From positions 1-55,985 of the forward strand of contig JAHQVX010000054.1 of the NCBI GenBank assembly GCA_019634125.1: 55,985 bases of DNA. The letters are read 5' to 3'. The notes beneath the pieces were generated by a model, which searched no databases, was not told the DNA's origin, and saw only the letters and a list, made by a program, of their open reading frames with translations. The DNA comes from Saprospiraceae bacterium (lineage in GTDB: Bacteria > Bacteroidota > Bacteroidia > Chitinophagales > JAHQVX01). Of this stretch, positions 52,175 to 55,985 are shown piece after piece. Numbering within the stretch: position 1 is the first letter of the stretch; every line of letters starts with the position of its first letter. The position numbers were made by a program, and so were the translations under genes.

Positions 52175-55100
52175 TTATTGGTTTGGCTGCTGCAAATCAA
52201 ACACCTCATAAATGGCTTCTTGGATTTGCGGCCGGATATCTTCTGTGATCAGCTTTTTATTATCCATAGTTGGGTGTACTCGGTTAGACAGGAAAATGAA
52301 GATGAGGTTGTTTTCAGGATCTGCCCAGGCACATGTTCCGGTAAAGCCAGTATGACCGAAAGCTGAAGCAGGCGTACTCTCGCTCGTCGGGCCAATTTTA
52401 TTGCGGTCGGTTTCAGGCTTGTCAAAGCCTAAACCACGGCGACTTTTCTGGCTGTAACGCCGAGTAAAATACTCAATCGTACTGGGTTCAAAATACTTTT
52501 GCCCACCGTACGTGCCTTTATTTAAAAGCATTTGCATGTAAATAGCTAAGTCGTTGGCGTTGCTAAAGACACCTGCATGACCACCGACTCCATCTTGCAT
52601 AGCTGCACCCATATCGTGTACATAACCATGTACAAGCTGATTCCGCCAATACTCGTCTTTCTCTGTGGGAACAATCTTATTCAATGGAAAACGCTTTGTT
52701 GGATTATAGCCCATTGTACTCATACCTAAAGGCTGGTAAAACGTTCGTTCGACAAACTCTTCCAGCGGCTGACTATACTGTTCTTCCAACATGTGTTGAA
52801 AGAGATAGTACCCTAAGTCGCTGTATACATAACGACCTCGCGGATTATTGTCGGCTTTCAAGATCTTCATCATCATTGAATCCTTGGGATAATTGGACTG
52901 CAAGTACATGCCTTTTGCAATCTCAATGTCTTTGCCCGAACTTTTAGTTCGGGCATATAGGTTGTTCAACTTCCCGTCTTCGGTCAATGTCGACGTGTAG
53001 AACGGAATCCAACTTTTCAGCCCTGAAGTGTGGTTTAATACCTCGGCAATTTTCATATTGGCCTTATTGGAGCCTTTCGTGATGAATAAGTGCTGCTGCA
53101 GTTGATCTTCCGGATGAAACACCCCACGCTCATAGCCAAACATCAACGCTGGCAAGGTGGATGAAATTTTCGTAATCGAAGCCACATCATATACATCGTT
53201 GAGTTGCACCCGACGCTTCCTCGAATACGTATGATGTCCAAATGCTTTATGATATACGATTTTATTGTCTTTAGCGACTAGGAGCTGACAGCCCGGCGTG
53301 GCTTTAATGGAGATAGCTGCTTTGGCAATAGAATCCAGCTTATAAAACGCATGATCTTCTAGGCCAATTTCGTAGGGCTGTGCGTGTTTAATGCGCATGT
53401 TACCCGTTGTAATATTGCCGTAGTTGACCGGTAGATACCCGGCTGCCACCGGCAGCCGGCCTTCAAAGCCAATCACACCCATAATGGCTTCAGCGGCGGC
53501 TTTCTGAGCCTCGGCTGCGCCATCGTACCCGCAGATGACCGTGCGGTAATTCACAAAGTTTTCAATACTGTACGGATTGCCAAATACCGACAACACCAAC
53601 TTATTCTGATCGTTGAGCTGACGTAAAAATGTTTTTGTGGCTAACGAAATACCGTAGCCCCTAGAACTGTAGCGGCTTTGGTTCACCAGACCCACCAGCA
53701 CCATATTGTAGCCTTCCAAGCGCTTGAGCAAGTTGTTATAGCTCACTTCCGAGTCCGAAGCACTGACCGAAAAATGCGTCATGGGGGCATAGTTGTCTAA
53801 GGTCGACTGGAAGGGCGTTAGCTTGCCGTCATTAATGCTTACCGTAGCGATTTTGAGCTTGCTCAAATCGCTTAATGGCAGCTTTAAATCATCGTTTTTC
53901 ACCAAGGTAATCGACTTTTCATGAAGTTGCTGCTTCAACAACTTCACCGACCCTTGATTAATATCATCTGTAACATGTTGCGGATTTGATGTAGCTACAT
54001 TCTCGAGGATTCCCAACCATCTTTTAGCATAAAGGATCTTCCGAACACTGGCATCGATACGACTTTCGGTGATTTCCCCCGTTTGCAATGCCGATTTAAT
54101 CGCTTGAAACGCTTTCGGTACATCTACAGAGAAGAGTAAAATATCATTACCGGCTTTTATGGCTTCCACTTCGATAGTGCCAGGAGGAAAGGTATTGGTT
54201 ACGCCTTTCATATTCAGGGCGTCGGTAATGATTAAGCCATCAAAGCCCATTTCATTGCGTAAAACACCAGTTACGATGGGCGTAGATAAGGTAGACGGGC
54301 GATTTGGTGACGGATCAAGGGCTGGAATATTCAAATGGGCAATCATCATAGCCCCAAGTCGGTTCTCAATCATTTGCCGAAAAGGATAGAACTCTAGACT
54401 ATCTATGCGTCGCCGGTCGTGGTTAATTTGCGGCAATGTGAGGTGACTGTCTTTATCGGTATCTCCATGACCGGGAAAGTGCTTGGCAGTTGCCAATACG
54501 CCCGCATCGTGCAGGCCGCGCATGTAGGCCGTTCCTTTATTGGCTACTTGAAACATATTCTCCCCAAAGCTTCGGTCGTTAATTACGGGATTGTTGGGGT
54601 TGTTGTTCACATCTACGACGGGGGCGAAGTTCATGTGAATGCCCATGCGCTTGCATTGACGGCCAATTTCAAAGCCCATATTGTAGATGTATTGATCATC
54701 CTGAATCGCGCCCAGCGTCAGCTGGCGCGGAAACTGCACCGTACTATCTAAACGCATATCCAAGCCCCACTCTGCATCAATGGAGACCATGAGTGGAATA
54801 CGTGCTTGCGCTTGTAAGTCATTGGTGAATGCTACTTGTTGCGTAGGCGATGATGTTTTTTTACTGTCGCGAAACAAGGCCACACCACCTAGATGATAGT
54901 CTTTCACTAAAGCCTTGGCCCGCTTGACTTCCGCCGGTCCTTTATTGGTGTAGACGGCACTCATGAAGAGCTGACCAATTTTCTCTTCCACCGTCATTTC
55001 TGCCAGCTTCGTCTCCACCTCAATACTGGCCGACTCTAGTGCTTGAACAGGTTTGGATTTCTTTTTGGGCACATCTAAGGCCGCATAAATCGGCGTGTTC

Positions 55101-55213
55101 TTCACGCGTTCATCAATTACATTGTCTGCATCAGGTGTATCTACCAAACCTGCACTACTACATTCAAACAATAAGGTAATGGCCAACAAAAAAACTCTCA
55201 AGATCGTATTCAA
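52175..55213 (-). CDS. exported GH3 beta-N-acetylhexosaminidase fused to a serine beta-lactamase/PBP-fold domain
   Basis: 1012 aa with a signal peptide. GH3 NagZ block KHFPGHGDTDKDSH and ITDALNM. C-terminal domain with SxxK (ASITK), YSD and HTG motifs. Confidence 0.85.
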   Translation of the reverse strand: MNTILRVFLLAITLLFECSSAGLVDTPDADNVIDERVKNTPIYAALDVPKKKSKPVQALESASIEVETKLAEMTVEEKIGQLFMSAVYTNKGPAEVKRAKALVKDYHLGGVALFRDSKKTSSPTQQVAFTNDLQAQARIPLMVSIDAEWGLDMRLDSTVQFPRQLTLGAIQDDQYIYNMGFEIGRQCKRMGIHMNFAPVVDVNNNPNNPVINDRSFGENMFQVANKGTAYMRGLHDAGVLATAKHFPGHGDTDKDSHLTLPQINHDRRRIDSLEFYPFRQMIENRLGAMMIAHLNIPALDPSPNRPSTLSTPIVTGVLRNEMGFDGLIITDALNMKGVTNTFPPGTIEVEAIKAGNDILLFSVDVPKAFQAIKSALQTGEITESRIDASVRKILYAKRWLGILENVATSNPQHVTDDINQGSVKLLKQQLHEKSITLVKNDDLKLPLSDLSKLKIATVSINDGKLTPFQSTLDNYAPMTHFSVSASDSEVSYNNLLKRLEGYNMVLVGLVNQSRYSSRGYGISLATKTFLRQLNDQNKLVLSVFGNPYSIENFVNYRTVICGYDGAAEAQKAAAEAIMGVIGFEGRLPVAAGYLPVNYGNITTGNMRIKHAQPYEIGLEDHAFYKLDSIAKAAISIKATPGCQLLVAKDNKIVYHKAFGHHTYSRKRRVQLNDVYDVASITKISSTLPALMFGYERGVFHPEDQLQQHLFITKGSNKANMKIAEVLNHTSGLKSWIPFYTSTLTEDGKLNNLYARTKSSGKDIEIAKGMYLQSNYPKDSMMMKILKADNNPRGRYVYSDLGYYLFQHMLEEQYSQPLEEFVERTFYQPLGMSTMGYNPTKRFPLNKIVPTEKDEYWRNQLVHGYVHDMGAAMQDGVGGHAGVFSNANDLAIYMQMLLNKGTYGGQKYFEPSTIEYFTRRYSQKSRRGLGFDKPETDRNKIGPTSESTPASAFGHTGFTGTCAWADPENNLIFIFLSNRVHPTMDNKKLITEDIRPQIQEAIYEVFDLQQPNQ

Positions 55214-55377
55214 TTTATCCCTTTAGTAAACGCACAATAAACGTGCCTAGTACTGCTAAAATAATGGCTTTTTTGAAGAAAATTGAACAATTTATTTATT
55301 GTATAAAACATGTATAAAAAAATGTTGGGTTGTAAATATATTTCTATGCATTTGAACAAATTCAAACAAAAACAACT

Positions 55378-55800
55378 ATGTCAAGACTAGCTATTCGATT
55401 TTTATCCCTAGCATTCACATTGCTAATATTCAGTTGTCAAGAGAATTATTCGGAGATTCAAGTGAATGTAATAGAACCCGTTCCAGTTTTAAAAATTTCT
55501 AATAGAACGAGTGTGAATAGCAATATCACAAGTTACCTTGAAGATGCATTACCTGCTTATACTTCTTCGTTTACGACCGTTGATGGAATTGAACAAAATC
55601 TAAAAATTGTCACTAAAGATGTTCTAATCCTAGAGAAAGGAAAGCATTACCAATCTCATGCTTTTAGAGTAATGTCGTCTACTCAGCAACTTAACATTTT
55701 TTATAATTTTGTAATAAGAAATAAGGGTGGTAACATGCATAGTTTTTTCAAAGAATACATTGCAGATCCAGACTGGCTTATAGAGAGGATTAAAATCTGA
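55378..55800 (+). CDS. hypothetical lipoprotein
   Basis: 140 aa. Lipobox ...LLIFSCQEN. AT-rich upstream region. No family recognised. Confidence 0.5.
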   Translation: MSRLAIRFLSLAFTLLIFSCQENYSEIQVNVIEPVPVLKISNRTSVNSNITSYLEDALPAYTSSFTTVDGIEQNLKIVTKDVLILEKGKHYQSHAFRVMSSTQQLNIFYNFVIRNKGGNMHSFFKEYIADPDWLIERIKI

Positions 55801-55890
55801 AGAAAAAATTTCTCTTGACCACCTGCCTGTTGCCCACAAGATACGGCTGGAGAAACTAAAAGAGAATCCCGAAAACGATCCAAACCAGAA

Positions 55891-55983
55891 TTACTGAACC
55901 ACAAAATCCACATGATAATGGTCGTCGTGCATGTTGTCTACTACTTTAGGTAGGCTTTTCGCAAAGTAAATCCCTCTACGCTT
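55891..55983 (-). CDS. 3' end of an unidentified CDS entering from the right window edge
   Basis: Minus-strand frame is open from the window edge to TAA (55893-55891). Peptide KRRGIYFAKSLPKVVDNMHDDHYHVDFVVQ. Too short to classify. Confidence 0.3.
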   Translation of the reverse strand, partial: KRRGIYFAKSLPKVVDNMHDDHYHVDFVVQ

Positions 55984-55985
55984 CA

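Noticed and set aside
54419-54751. 110-aa plus-strand ORF (and 54159-54389, 52684-52947, 52154-52366) inside or abutting the GH3/beta-lactamase gene
   Set aside because: They are antisense to a 1012-aa gene with clear GH3 and SxxK motifs.
55630-55913. Two overlapping minus-strand ORFs (69 and 70 aa) at the right end
   Set aside because: They overlap the plus-strand lipoprotein ORF and each other. A different minus frame gives the more plausible C-terminal fragment at 55891-55983.
1-55985. Search for CRISPR arrays, tRNA/rRNA genes, transposases, integrases, prophage or toxin-antitoxin/defence cassettes
   Set aside because: No arrays of regularly spaced repeats were found. No intergenic region is long or structured enough for tRNA or rRNA. 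No ORF has DDE, tyrosine- or serine-recombinase, or phage hallmarks. The only repeated hairpins are terminator-like.

Overview
The window looks like a chromosomal segment of a gliding Bacteroidota organism. Support for that: gldC, TonB-dependent receptor, many lipoproteins, and a TAnnTTTG-type promoter box. All product calls come from reading motifs in the supplied translations; no searches were run.

Layout, left to right:
(1) 1-5.6 kb: a polyprenyl synthase / PnuC-type transporter / NadR-like kinase operon. It is followed by a clear TPP riboswitch in front of a TonB-dependent receptor and a secreted alpha/beta hydrolase.
(2) 5.7-9.2 kb: an OmpA/TSP3 protein, gldC, and a ferredoxin plus ferredoxin-NADP reductase pair.
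(3) 9.3-34.4 kb: a roughly 25-kb mosaic, strand-switching surface-polysaccharide locus. It holds a DegT aminotransferase, a Gfo/Idh/MocA oxidoreductase, acyltransferases, Wzx, a sulfotransferase, and an unusual PLP enzyme / decarboxylase / AsnB-like cassette. It also holds a GNAT, a NodB deacetylase, five glycosyltransferases, an 823-aa lipoprotein, rfbC/B/A, a Wzy-like membrane protein, a UDP-sugar epimerase and a WecA-type initiating transferase.
(4) 34.4-43.5 kb: three tandem SurA/PpiD-like PPIases, a fasciclin protein divergent from an ECF sigma / RskA-like anti-sigma pair, a Bax-inhibitor-like protein, rlmD, and a small hypothetical protein.
(5) 43.5-52.1 kb: the most interesting region. 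It contains an LMW tyrosine phosphatase and a compact uncharacterised exopolymer module: beta-barrel OMP, pseudo-receiver::PIG-L deacetylase, ATP-grasp ligase, processive GT2 synthase, and possibly a small TM ORF. That module sits tail-to-tail with a translationally coupled five-gene H-NOX phosphorelay operon (H-NOX, PAS histidine kinase, CheY-like RR, REC-HPt-like protein, LytTR RR).
(6) 52.2-55.9 kb: a GH3/beta-lactamase-fold fusion and a small lipoprotein.

I found no rRNA, tRNA, CRISPR array, transposase or integrase.
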